Positions 24,904 to 34,038 of a stretch of DNA of 64,000 bases are shown piece after piece. The notes below the pieces were generated by a model. The model was not told where the DNA came from. It did not search any database and worked only from the letters and a program-made list of their open reading frames with translations. The stretch is from Acidimicrobiales bacterium (GTDB lineage Bacteria > Actinomycetota > Acidimicrobiia > Acidimicrobiales > CAIXPF01), in assembly GCA_046155365.1 (NCBI GenBank), contig JBJXFH010000124.1, positions 1,249 through 65,248 on the forward strand. Reading direction: 5' to 3'. A program made the translations under genes and the position numbers. The stretch's first letter is position 1. Every line of letters begins with the position of its first letter.

Positions 24904-26222
24904 TGATGAACAACGCTGAGTTGGCAACCCGCAACGTGTTCGATGTGCGCTCCCTGGTGCAGGTGGAGACCGATGAGGGCGGGGCCGAGGTGCCCTATCG
25001 CTTGCATCGCAACGCCTACGTGGATCCGGCGCTGTTCGAAGCCGAGCTGGACCGCATCTTCCACCATACCTGGGTGTATGTGGGCCACGAGAGCGAGGTG
25101 CGCACGCCGGGGTCCTTCACCACCACCACCATCGGCCGTCAGCCGGTCATACTGACCCGTACGGAAGGTGGCGAGGTGGTGGTGCTGCTCAACCGTTGCA
25201 CCCACCGGGCGGCCACCGTATGCCAGGAACAGCGGGGCCAAACCCGGTTTTTCCGCTGCCCGTATCACGGGTGGAACTTCAGGCCCGATGGCACCCTGGT
25301 GGGTTTCACGTTCGCCGAGGGCTACGACGACCCCGACATCGATCCGGCCGATTTCACCCTGGCCCGGGCGGCCCGAGTGGCCAGTTACCGGGGTTTCGTG
25401 TTCGCCAGCCTGGCACCGCAGGGACCGAGCTTGGTGGAACATCTTGGCAACGCCGCCCCGTATCTGGATCTGCTGGTGGATCTCAGCCCCACCGGAGCTC
25501 TGGCGGTGGGCGACGCCGGCCAGAGCCGCTACGCCTATGAGGGCAACTGGAAGATCCAATGCGAGAACGGGGTGGACGGGTACCACGCCAACTTCGTGCA
25601 CCTGGCCTTCCTGGAGGGCGCGGCGCCGGAGGGTCGGGCGTTGCGGATGTTCAACGGTTCTTCGCCGGGCCGGGCCGCGGATCTGGGCAACGGGCACGCA
25701 CTGTTGGATCAACGTCCCGTGGTGGCACCCATCTTCGAGCGACAGTTCTCCGCCACCCCCGCAGGCCGGGCCCATCGGGACGCGCTGGTCGACCGGCTGG
25801 GGCAGGAGCGGGCCCAAGAGGTGATGCGGACCAACGGTGGCCTGGGGTTCAACCTGTTGATCTTCCCCAACTTGCTGGCCATCCAATATCACTTGCGGGT
25901 GGTGCGCCCGGTCAACGTCAACCGCACCGAGGTCACGCTGCACCCCATCCTTTTCGATGGGGCCGAGCCGGAGCTGAACTCGAACCGGTTGCGGGGTCAC
26001 GAGGCGTTCTACGGGCCGGCCGGGGGCGGGGTGCCCGGTGATCTGGAGATGTTCCGTCGGGTGCAGGAGGGTTTGGCCGCTGAATCGGTGCCGTGGCTGT
26101 CCTTCGAGCGAGGCCGGCGCCGCACCGAGATCGGTCCCAACGGCGAACGCATCGGGCACATCACCGATGAGCAGCCCCAGCGCGGGTTCTATCGGCAATG
26201 GCTGGCGGAGTTGCAGGCATGA
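24900..26222 (+). CDS. Rieske non-heme iron aromatic-ring-hydroxylating oxygenase, alpha subunit
   Basis: Rieske motif CTHR...(17)...CPYHGW. Mononuclear Fe motif DGYHANFVH. The start is GTG 24900 or ATG 24903/24906, overlapping the SDR stop. Confidence 0.85.
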   Translation: MMMNNAELATRNVFDVRSLVQVETDEGGAEVPYRLHRNAYVDPALFEAELDRIFHHTWVYVGHESEVRTPGSFTTTTIGRQPVILTRTEGGEVVVLLNRCTHRAATVCQEQRGQTRFFRCPYHGWNFRPDGTLVGFTFAEGYDDPDIDPADFTLARAARVASYRGFVFASLAPQGPSLVEHLGNAAPYLDLLVDLSPTGALAVGDAGQSRYAYEGNWKIQCENGVDGYHANFVHLAFLEGAAPEGRALRMFNGSSPGRAADLGNGHALLDQRPVVAPIFERQFSATPAGRAHRDALVDRLGQERAQEVMRTNGGLGFNLLIFPNLLAIQYHLRVVRPVNVNRTEVTLHPILFDGAEPELNSNRLRGHEAFYGPAGGGVPGDLEMFRRVQEGLAAESVPWLSFERGRRRTEIGPNGERIGHITDEQPQRGFYRQWLAELQA

Positions 26223-26749
26223 CCGCCATGGCGTCGGTGAACCGGTCCGTGTTACCGGTGGCGGATTTTGTGCATCACGAGGCGGCGTTGCTGGACGCCC
26301 GTCGACTGGAGGAATGGCTGGAGTTGTTCGCGCAGGACGGGCGGTTGTGGGTGCCGGGCCGCCACGATGATGGCGATTTGGATCCCTCCAGTCAGGTGTC
26401 GATCATTTATGACGACGTCAGACGGTTACGGGCCCGGGTGAACCGGCTGCTGTCGGGAAAGGAAAGCGCCCAGGATCCGCCTTCACGCACCATCCGGGCG
26501 GTGACCAACCTCCACGTCGGCCACAACCGCGATGGGGGCGGCGGGGGGACCGACGGCGTGGTCCGGGTGGACTCGGTACAAGTGATCTATGAGACCCGGG
26601 GGCTGGCGCAGGCGTTGCTCATCCTGCCCTGCCGGGTCAGTTATGCCTTGCGCCCCATCGAGGACTCGGGCGGGTTCCAGATCGTGGAGAAACGCATCGA
26701 TCTTCTGGAAGTGCACCGACATTTCGACAGTCTGAGCTTTCTACTGTAA
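26219..26749 (+). CDS. ring-hydroxylating oxygenase beta subunit (NTF2/SnoaL-like)
   Basis: ATGA overlap with the alpha stop. FVHHEAALLDARRLEEWLELFAQDGRLWVP is typical of beta subunits. Confidence 0.75.
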   Translation: MTAMASVNRSVLPVADFVHHEAALLDARRLEEWLELFAQDGRLWVPGRHDDGDLDPSSQVSIIYDDVRRLRARVNRLLSGKESAQDPPSRTIRAVTNLHVGHNRDGGGGGTDGVVRVDSVQVIYETRGLAQALLILPCRVSYALRPIEDSGGFQIVEKRIDLLEVHRHFDSLSFLL

Positions 26750-26760
26750 AGAGGGTGGTT

Positions 26761-26796
26761 CGGGCGGGCCTGGTGGTGCGGGCGGGCCTGGTGGTG
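26761..26796. repeat. 18-bp perfect tandem duplication (cgggcgggcctggtggtg x2) with degenerate flanking copies
   Basis: Read directly. It starts 12 nt after the beta-subunit stop. The region 26751-26824 is rich in G3 tracts on the plus strand. Confidence 0.85.
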
Positions 26797-26957
26797 AGGG
26801 TGGCCCTCGGTGCGGCGGGCGGGGTCTCAACACGATGAGGCGGTACCCCCGGTTCCAGTGCTTCACATACCGGGCGGCTCCTGTGAACGGGGTTGTGGGT
26901 TGCGTCCGGTGGGCGGTAGCGGACAGTGTGGGCCCATAACCGCACCGGGGAGGCACC

Positions 26958-28097
26958 ATGGGACCGTTGACCGGGACCAAGATCATCGAGCTGTTCTGCA
27001 TCGGGCCGGGGCCTTTTGCCGGGATGCTGTTATCGGACATGGGCGCCGATGTGTTGTTGGTGGATCGGACGGTGGAGCAGAACCTGGGCTACCCCGACCA
27101 TGCCTACCGGTATCTCTACCGCAACCGCCGCTCGGTGCGGTTCGACCTGAAAGATCCCGATGATGTGCAAACCGTGTTGGGGCTGGTGGAAACGGCCGAT
27201 GGGCTGATCGAAGGGTTCCGGCCGGGGGTGGCGGAACGGTTGGGGCTGGGTCCCGAGCAGTGCCTGGCCCGCAATCCCAAGCTGGTGTACGGGCGCATGA
27301 CAGGGTGGGGTCAGCAGGGTCCGTTGGCTCAGCGGGCGGGCTATGACGCCAACTTCATCTCCGTCACCGGGGCGCTAGCGGCCATTGGGGATCCTGATCG
27401 TCCGCCGCCCCCGCCGCTGATCCTGGCCGGGGATTTCGGTGGTGGCGGGGTGTTCTTGGCCATGGGAATGTGCGCCGCGCTGTTCGAGGCCAACCGCTCC
27501 GGGAAGGGTCAGGTGGTGGACGCCGCCATCTCCGACGGGGCGCTGAACCTGATGGCGTACTTCTACGGCGGCCTTGACGGTGGCACCTGGATCAACGAGC
27601 GAAAGGCCAACCTGGTGGACGGGGGCGATTGGCGCTACGGCACCTGGGAGTGTGCCGATGGGCGCTATGTGTCCACCGCGCTGCTGCAACCGAAGTTCCT
27701 GGCCAACTTCGAGGCCAAGACCGGCATCGATTTCCGTGATCTGGGCGCCCCGGGGGATCGGGCCAACTGGCCGGCCTACCGTGAGCGCATGGCGGACATG
27801 ATGCGGACCCGTACCCGGGATGCGTGGGCGGCCATGTTCGACGGGCTCGATGACACGGTGATGCCGGTGCTTGATCTCACCGAGGCGCCGGACCATCCTC
27901 AGAACGCTGCTCGGGAGGCATTTGTGCAGGTGGGCCACACCCGCCAGCCGGCCCCGGCCCCCCGCTTCAGTCGCACCCCCTCTGTGGTTCGTGGTCTGTC
28001 ACCGACGCCGGGTGAGGGCGGTGCCGAGGCGCTGGCCGAGTGGGGGCTATCCGCCGCCGAGATTGCTGTGCTGGCCCAGCGGGGGGCGTTCGGATAA
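26958..28097 (+). CDS. family III CoA-transferase (CaiB/BaiF; alpha-methylacyl-CoA racemase-like)
   Basis: MGPLTGTKIIELFCIGPGPFAGMLLSDMGADVLLVDR is a typical family III N-terminus. 379 aa. Confidence 0.85.
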   Translation: MGPLTGTKIIELFCIGPGPFAGMLLSDMGADVLLVDRTVEQNLGYPDHAYRYLYRNRRSVRFDLKDPDDVQTVLGLVETADGLIEGFRPGVAERLGLGPEQCLARNPKLVYGRMTGWGQQGPLAQRAGYDANFISVTGALAAIGDPDRPPPPPLILAGDFGGGGVFLAMGMCAALFEANRSGKGQVVDAAISDGALNLMAYFYGGLDGGTWINERKANLVDGGDWRYGTWECADGRYVSTALLQPKFLANFEAKTGIDFRDLGAPGDRANWPAYRERMADMMRTRTRDAWAAMFDGLDDTVMPVLDLTEAPDHPQNAAREAFVQVGHTRQPAPAPRFSRTPSVVRGLSPTPGEGGAEALAEWGLSAAEIAVLAQRGAFG

Positions 28098-28396
28098 GGC
28101 CCCATACGGTCACGACGGTGGTGAAGCGCGTCAGATGGCGGTGTTGGTCCGGGTGCGCTCCCGGGCCGACTGCTCTGCCCCGTCGCCATCGCAATACCAC
28201 AAAGTATGGCCAGGGGTCTGCCATGGGTGCTGTCGGTGGCGGCGCGCAACCAATACCGGGCGGCCCCATCGTGATGGGCGCTGTACCGCGGGCCGTTCGC
28301 CTGGCATCGGGGGCGAGGCTGACTGCCGCCTGGCGCCCGCGTGCGAGGCGTCTACGATCGGCGCCGACCGACCCCAAACGGCGAAGGGATGGGCCG

Positions 28397-28921
28397 ATGC
28401 ACGAAACCAAAGAGGATCTGCAACGGCTGCAGCGGCTGCTCGATGCCAGCTACCGGGCCGCCGGTGCCCATCTGCAGGAGGTCATCACCCCCGAGCGTCG
28501 GCTGGAGGCGGCCGATCTGGTGTCCATGCTCGACGGTATGGGACTGCTGGTGCTGGCCACGGTGACCGCTGACGGCCGGCCCATCACCGGGGCGGTGGAC
28601 GGCATCTTCTTCCGGGGCGCCTTCCACTTCGGCTCCTCTCCGGAGTCGGTGCGTTTCCGGCATCTGCGGACCCGTCCGGCGTGCAGCGCCACGCACCTGC
28701 CCGGCGAGCAGCTGGCGGTCAGCGTGCACGGACGGGCCCAGCTCATCGACGTCAACGCGGCCGAACACGCCGCCTTCCGCAGTTGCCTGGTGGATGAGAT
28801 CTACGTGCCCCGCTACGGACCCGAATGGGAACAGATCCTGGACGCCGGGGCCGTCTACGCCCGCATCGACGCCGAGCGGATGTTCACGTTCTGGATGCCG
28901 GACCCTTCCTTCGAGGGGTGA
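28397..28921 (+). CDS. pyridoxamine 5'-phosphate oxidase-family (FMN/F420-binding split-barrel) protein
   Basis: ATG 28397. ...LLVLATVTADGRPITGAVDGIFFRGAFHFGSSPESVRFRHL... resembles PNPOx-like proteins. Confidence 0.65.
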   Translation: MHETKEDLQRLQRLLDASYRAAGAHLQEVITPERRLEAADLVSMLDGMGLLVLATVTADGRPITGAVDGIFFRGAFHFGSSPESVRFRHLRTRPACSATHLPGEQLAVSVHGRAQLIDVNAAEHAAFRSCLVDEIYVPRYGPEWEQILDAGAVYARIDAERMFTFWMPDPSFEG

Positions 28922-29044
28922 CCGGCCGGTGGGGTCGGCTCAACCGATGGTCAGCGGCCATGGTCCCCCCATTGCTGGCGCTCAATGGCGCAGGTGCTCA
29001 TCCAGGCAGCGCATGGTAACCGGGTTCGCCTGGGTGGGGTTGAG

Positions 29045-29971
29045 CTATACCGCCAGATCGGCCAGGGCGGCGATGACCTCGGCGGCGTCCTCGGCGTGTT
29101 GGTTGAAGACGGTGACGTAGGTGATGTGGTGCTCGTCGTGCAACCGCAGAAGCTGTCCGCAGATCTCCTCCACGGTGCCGAAGGCCAGGAAGGGGCAGGT
29201 TGCCATCTCCATCATGGACTGGTTCTGGCGCATGGCCATGGTCCGGGCCAGGTACTCCCGGTCCTCGGTGATCAGCAGGGACTGCAGCAGGATGTTGAGC
29301 TCGGGGGATACCGGTCGGTTTGCCAGCTGAGACTGGCGGCGGACCAAACCCACCCGGTCGGCCAGGCCGGCCCGGCTGAAGTGGGTGCGGACGTTGGCGC
29401 CTTCGAGATCCGGGCTGAACCCGGTGAAGCTGACGATGTGGGCGTGGTGGGCGGCCAGGGTCAGCAACCGGGTGCCGTTGCCGCCGATCAGCAGCGGCAC
29501 CGGGGACTGCGTGGGGCTCGGCGCCAGCACGTGGTTCGCCAGCCGAACGTGGGGTCCGGGGGTGGTCACGGTCTCCCCGGCGAACAGCAGCCCGAGGGCG
29601 GCCACGGTTTCCGCCAGCCGGTCGATGCGAACCCCGGGCAGGTCATAGCTGATGCCGGCCCGGCGGTACTCCGGCAGGGCCCAACCGGCGCCCAGGCCCA
29701 ACTCCAGCCGTCCGCCGCTGAGCCGGTCCAAGGTGGCCGCCTCCTGGGCCAACACCGCCGGATGGCGAAAGTCGTTGTTCAGCACCAGCGTGCCCAGGCG
29801 CAGGGTGGAGGTGGCATCGGCCACCGCCTGCAGGGTGATGAAGGGGGAGGCGGCGTTCAGGTGGTCGGACACCGAGAACGTGGAAAATCCCGCCTGTTCC
29901 GCCCAGCGGGCCCGCTCCAGCAGTTGTTGGTGGCTGCTGAAGCCGGCTGCGCTCAACCCGAAGCGGATCAA
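29045..29971 (-). CDS. luciferase-like monooxygenase (LLM) class, probably F420-dependent oxidoreductase
   Basis: (M)IRFGLSAAGFSS...WAEQAGFSTFSVSDHL...LRLGTLVLNNDFRHPAVLAQEAATLDRLSGGRLELGLGAGW. A TTG start at 29971 is proposed. The ORF maximum extends to 30064. Confidence 0.75.
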   Translation of the reverse strand: MIRFGLSAAGFSSHQQLLERARWAEQAGFSTFSVSDHLNAASPFITLQAVADATSTLRLGTLVLNNDFRHPAVLAQEAATLDRLSGGRLELGLGAGWALPEYRRAGISYDLPGVRIDRLAETVAALGLLFAGETVTTPGPHVRLANHVLAPSPTQSPVPLLIGGNGTRLLTLAAHHAHIVSFTGFSPDLEGANVRTHFSRAGLADRVGLVRRQSQLANRPVSPELNILLQSLLITEDREYLARTMAMRQNQSMMEMATCPFLAFGTVEEICGQLLRLHDEHHITYVTVFNQHAEDAAEVIAALADLAV

Positions 29972-30157
29972 CGTCCCGACCCTGTGTTGGCGGTGCTGGT
30001 GAGGTGAGGCGCGTGGGCGGCTGCCATCGTGGCATCGTAGGACCCGGTCGGGGGGGACGGGCACGGAACGTTTACTTCGGGTGGCGCGCCAAGAGACGCC
30101 GGTTGAGCGGCCATGAGGTCAGCAACGGCGAGGGCGATCAGGGCAGACTGTCCGGTG

Positions 30158-30418
30158 ATGAGCAACGAGAACCGGGTCAAGCACGCGGTCACGGTTCGGA
30201 CTCCGCTGGTGGAGGAGCTTTTTGGCCCGCCCGGCCCGGAGCCGGTGCGGTGGGAGCGGCCCTCACCCGACCCGGCCAAGCCCGGCTACTGCCCGGTCTG
30301 TGATCGACGGGTGGTCACCACCCGGCTGGAGGAGCATCTCGGCTGCTACGACCCCGACGCCACCTGCAGCACCACCGAGGTGGCGGCCTGGCTGGGCGTA
30401 GGTCCAGCCCTCCCCTGA
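30158..30418 (+). CDS. hypothetical small protein (weak call)
   Basis: 86-codon ORF from ATG 30158. Contains CPVCDRR...EEHLGC and ends ...TTEVAAWLGVGPALP, which looks like the start of an HTH cut short. No other support. Confidence 0.2.
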   Translation: MSNENRVKHAVTVRTPLVEELFGPPGPEPVRWERPSPDPAKPGYCPVCDRRVVTTRLEEHLGCYDPDATCSTTEVAAWLGVGPALP

Positions 30419-30719
30419 GTGGGACCCGTCGGAAGGTCCGACCCCCCACCAACTCATGACGCGGTCCGGCTGATTCGAGCGCCAGGAAGTCACCCCACCC
30501 CAGCAGTTGAACCGCCTCGGACACCCCTGAGGCTGTCGCCTGCATCGCGAGGGGGCCCGGTCGATCCCACTCGCGGGCCAAAACCTAACGTGACGTGATG
30601 ACTGAGCCCGCGAGTGGCCGTTCGTGCCGGGCGTCGGGTCCAGCCCGACGCGCCGCAACCGCGAGCCGGCCGGCCCGGTGGGATGCCACCAGGCCGGCCG
30701 TACTCAACGGTATGACCGC

Positions 30720-32462
30720 TCAGCCGCCGTGGCGCAACAGCTTGCCGGGGGTGGCCCCGGTGCACTCGCCATCGGTGAAGGTCTCCACGCCGTTGACGAA
30801 GATGTGGTCGTAGCCCTTGGCCCGTTGCACCCGGCGCCACTCCCCACCGGGCAGGTCGAACACCGGCTCACCTACCCACGGCGGGTCGATGTCGAGGTTG
30901 TCGATGTCGTAGACCAACACGTCAGCGGCGGCACCCTCGCGCAGCACCCCACGGTTCTTGAAGCCCGCGGCGTGAGCGGCCAGCGCCGACATGCGGTAGT
31001 GGGCTTCTTCCAACGTGATCTTCTTCTCGTCACGCACCAGCCACATCAGCAGGTCCGTGGTCCAGGCGCCACCGGTGAAGAACTTGGTGTGGGCACCGCC
31101 GTCGGACACCCCGGGCATGGTGTAGGGCGACTCGGTGTACACGCCGGCCATGTGGTCGGGGTTGTAGGTGGGGCCCTCGCCCAGGAACTCCGTCTTGAGA
31201 TCGGTCTCGAGGGACAGGTCCAACATCACGTCCACGTAGTGCTTGCCCTCTTCCTCGGCGATGCGACCGAGGGACTTGCCCACGTACTTCTGCAGATCCG
31301 GTCGGCGGGCCACGCCCTGCACCACCAATTTGTGAGCCTTGCCGCCCACCGCGATCTGGGTCTGGCTGAACAGGGTGTTGGCCTGCTCCATCTCGCGCTT
31401 GATGGCGTCACGGATGTTGGGATCACGCATCTTGCGGATCTTCTCCTCCAACGTTCCGGTGGTGGCTTCACGCCAGGCCGGGCTGGAGTCGTACAGGTTC
31501 CATTCGTCGAGGGAGAAGGCGAAACCGGTTCGGATGGAGAAACCCTGCCCGTAGATCGGCAGCCCGTCGGCTTGGGCCTTGGCCAGCCATTCCAGGCGCT
31601 CCTGATGTACCCGGGGGTTGCTCTGGCTGACCGGCACCGCGTTGTCGATGATGGGCCGGCGGGCGACCTCGGCCAGACGCCGCTTGAACGCCGCGTCATC
31701 GGGGTCGTTGGGGTTGGGGCTGGTGGCCTGGGTGAGCTGGATGAAGCCCTCATCACGTTCCCGGAGCACCTCTGCCAAACAGAAGATGTCCTCGTCGCAC
31801 ATTGTGTCGGTAACCATGGGGGAACCGTCGAAGTCCGCCTGGGTGGAGTTCTCGCCAAGGCGCTGGATGGAGAAACCGCACAGGCCGGCGTCCATGCCCT
31901 CGTGCAACAGGCGCTGCATCTCCTTGCGCTCGGCCTGGGTGGCGGAGCGGGTCTTGGCCGCTTCGAGGCCCATCACGTAGATCATGAGTGAGGCGGTGGG
32001 CATGTACTGCACCACGTTCACGCCGAGCGGGGCGCGCTCCAAGCTGTCGAGGTACTCGGGGATGGTCTCCCAATCCCAGTGGGGCAGGAAACCCTCACGC
32101 ATGGCGTCCATGGGGATGGCCTCGGTGCGGACCATGGTCAGCATCGAGCGCTCCCGGAAATCCGGCTTGCAGGGGGCGAAACCGAACCCGCAGTTGCCCA
32201 GCACCACCGAGGTGACACCGTGCCAGCTGGAGATGGAGCACCACGGATCCCAGCGGACCTGGGCGTCATAGTGGGTGTGCAGATCAATGGCACCGGGGGC
32301 CACGATGGCGCCATCAGCGTCGATCACCTTGTCGGCGCTGCCCTTGGCCCGGCCGCCGATCTGAGCGATGCGGCCATCCTTGATCCAAAGGTCACCCTTG
32401 TAGCGCGGCACGCGAGTGCCGTCAACGATGGTGCCCCCCTTGATGTGGACGTCATAGGTCAT
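30720..32462 (-). CDS. N-acyl-D-amino-acid deacylase (D-aminoacylase) family amidohydrolase
   Basis: DVHIKGGTIVDGT...DADGAIVAPGAIDLHTHYD (HxH metal site). 580 aa. Confidence 0.8.
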   Translation of the reverse strand: MTYDVHIKGGTIVDGTRVPRYKGDLWIKDGRIAQIGGRAKGSADKVIDADGAIVAPGAIDLHTHYDAQVRWDPWCSISSWHGVTSVVLGNCGFGFAPCKPDFRERSMLTMVRTEAIPMDAMREGFLPHWDWETIPEYLDSLERAPLGVNVVQYMPTASLMIYVMGLEAAKTRSATQAERKEMQRLLHEGMDAGLCGFSIQRLGENSTQADFDGSPMVTDTMCDEDIFCLAEVLRERDEGFIQLTQATSPNPNDPDDAAFKRRLAEVARRPIIDNAVPVSQSNPRVHQERLEWLAKAQADGLPIYGQGFSIRTGFAFSLDEWNLYDSSPAWREATTGTLEEKIRKMRDPNIRDAIKREMEQANTLFSQTQIAVGGKAHKLVVQGVARRPDLQKYVGKSLGRIAEEEGKHYVDVMLDLSLETDLKTEFLGEGPTYNPDHMAGVYTESPYTMPGVSDGGAHTKFFTGGAWTTDLLMWLVRDEKKITLEEAHYRMSALAAHAAGFKNRGVLREGAAADVLVYDIDNLDIDPPWVGEPVFDLPGGEWRRVQRAKGYDHIFVNGVETFTDGECTGATPGKLLRHGG

Positions 32463-32689
32463 AATGCCAGCTCCTTGTACGCGGGCTCCCTGCCGCGCTG
32501 CGCGGTTTTACCACCCCCGGACCCCCTTGGGCGTGACGAACGTCGCACGCGTCGATGTCCGGGCGAACGAAGCGGGTGGCGTTGTTCATGTCCGGTGCCC
32601 GCGAGGTGGGGCTGTTCGCTGCTGTTGGGCCGGGTTTCGTAGGCTGGGGCCGGGTGTGTCAAACCACCACGCTGTTGAGGAGCGCCACC

Positions 32690-33934
32690 ATGACGTCGAT
32701 CATTCCCGAGCCGGACCTTCACAATGTGTGGCGCACCGAGACGCCCGGCAACGATGGGTGGTTGCGCTCGGCCCGGCCCGACGCCGCGGACAAGTTCTTC
32801 ATGGTCTCCGCTGACGGCCACGTGCAAGAACCTCGCAGCATCTTCAAGAAGCGCCTGCCCGAGGAGTTTCACGATCGGCTGCCCAACGTGGTGACCAAGC
32901 GCGACGGTGAGCAGTATCAGAAGACCGAAGGTTTCCGGCACACCAAGCTGAACTGGGTTGATCCGCTGCAGGGCCACGAGAAGTTCCGCTATGAATCCGG
33001 CCGCAAACCCGATGAACGGTTGGCCGAGTTGGCGCTGGACGGCACCGACGCCGAGGTGCTGTTCCCGAATGTGGGTCTGGCCATGTGGGCCACCAAGGAC
33101 GCCGCGTTCTCCCACATGATGTGCCGGGCGTGGAACGATTGGGCCTGGGAGAACTACGGGCCATACAACGACAAGCTGGCGCCCATGGCCTGCATGGCCC
33201 CGGCGGTCATCGATGACGCCATCGCGGAGATCCAGCGTTGCGCCGCGCTGGGCTTCAAGGGGTTGTGCCTGCCCTGCAAGCCGGTGTTCGGCGTGCCCGA
33301 CGTTGATGATCTCAACTACAACCTCAAAGAGTTCGAACCGCTGTGGGATTGCATTGAAGATGTGAATCTTCCAGTGACCTTTCACGTGTCCACTGGCCGC
33401 GATCCCCGCACCGCCCGCAGCAACGGTGGGGCCATCATCAATTACACGGTGCATTCGTTGGCGCCGTCAATGGAACCCATCGTGAACATCTGCGCCTCCG
33501 GTGTGGCTGAACGACACCCGAAGATGCGTTTTGGGGTGATCGAGGCCGGGATCGGCTGGGTGCCGTGGGTGCTCGAAGCCATGGATGAGGCCTACCGCAA
33601 GCACCACATGTGGGTGCGGCCCAAGTTGGACGGCCTGCCCAGTGACTTCTTCCGGCGCCAGGGTTTCGCCAGCTTCCAAGAAGATCACGCCGGTTTGGAT
33701 CTGGCCCGGGAGCACAACCTGGTCGACAACTTCCTGTGGGCCAATGACTTCCCCCACCACGAGGGTTCCTGGCCGTATTCGGCGCAGGCCATCGAACGCA
33801 CCATGGGCCGTCTGAATGACGCCGAGCGGGCCAAGATCTTGGGCCTCAACTCTGCGCGCATCTTCGGTTTCGAGATCCCGCAGCGCTACCTCAACCACCC
33901 CGACGCCGTCGAGGTGGCCCGCGCCGGCCGTTGA
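32690..33934 (+). CDS. amidohydrolase-2 (ACMSD-like) family metal-dependent hydrolase/decarboxylase
   Basis: ATG 32690. FMVSADGHVQEP (D.H.) near the N-terminus, FHVSTG, and NDFPHHEG near the C-terminus. Confidence 0.75.
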   Translation: MTSIIPEPDLHNVWRTETPGNDGWLRSARPDAADKFFMVSADGHVQEPRSIFKKRLPEEFHDRLPNVVTKRDGEQYQKTEGFRHTKLNWVDPLQGHEKFRYESGRKPDERLAELALDGTDAEVLFPNVGLAMWATKDAAFSHMMCRAWNDWAWENYGPYNDKLAPMACMAPAVIDDAIAEIQRCAALGFKGLCLPCKPVFGVPDVDDLNYNLKEFEPLWDCIEDVNLPVTFHVSTGRDPRTARSNGGAIINYTVHSLAPSMEPIVNICASGVAERHPKMRFGVIEAGIGWVPWVLEAMDEAYRKHHMWVRPKLDGLPSDFFRRQGFASFQEDHAGLDLAREHNLVDNFLWANDFPHHEGSWPYSAQAIERTMGRLNDAERAKILGLNSARIFGFEIPQRYLNHPDAVEVARAGR

Positions 33935-34038
33935 TGGTGCGTACGCCCCTTCGAACATGACGAGGCTCGTGTACTTTTTCCGCTGGCGGCCTCTCTTTCA
34001 AATCCACGGAGGGCCTCTTCGGACGACGGGTGCGGGCG

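Noticed and set aside
16442-26824. The possibility that the short tandem repeats are CRISPR arrays.
   Set aside because: The units are 9-18 bp and directly abutting with no spacers, and there are no cas genes. They are simple tandem repeats.
24588-33454. Shadow ORFs 24588-26198(-), 27375-27938(-), 28985-30007(+), 30624-31991(+) and 32459-33454(-).
   Set aside because: Each is antisense to a gene with clear family motifs (Rieske alpha, CoA-transferase, LLM, D-aminoacylase, amidohydrolase).
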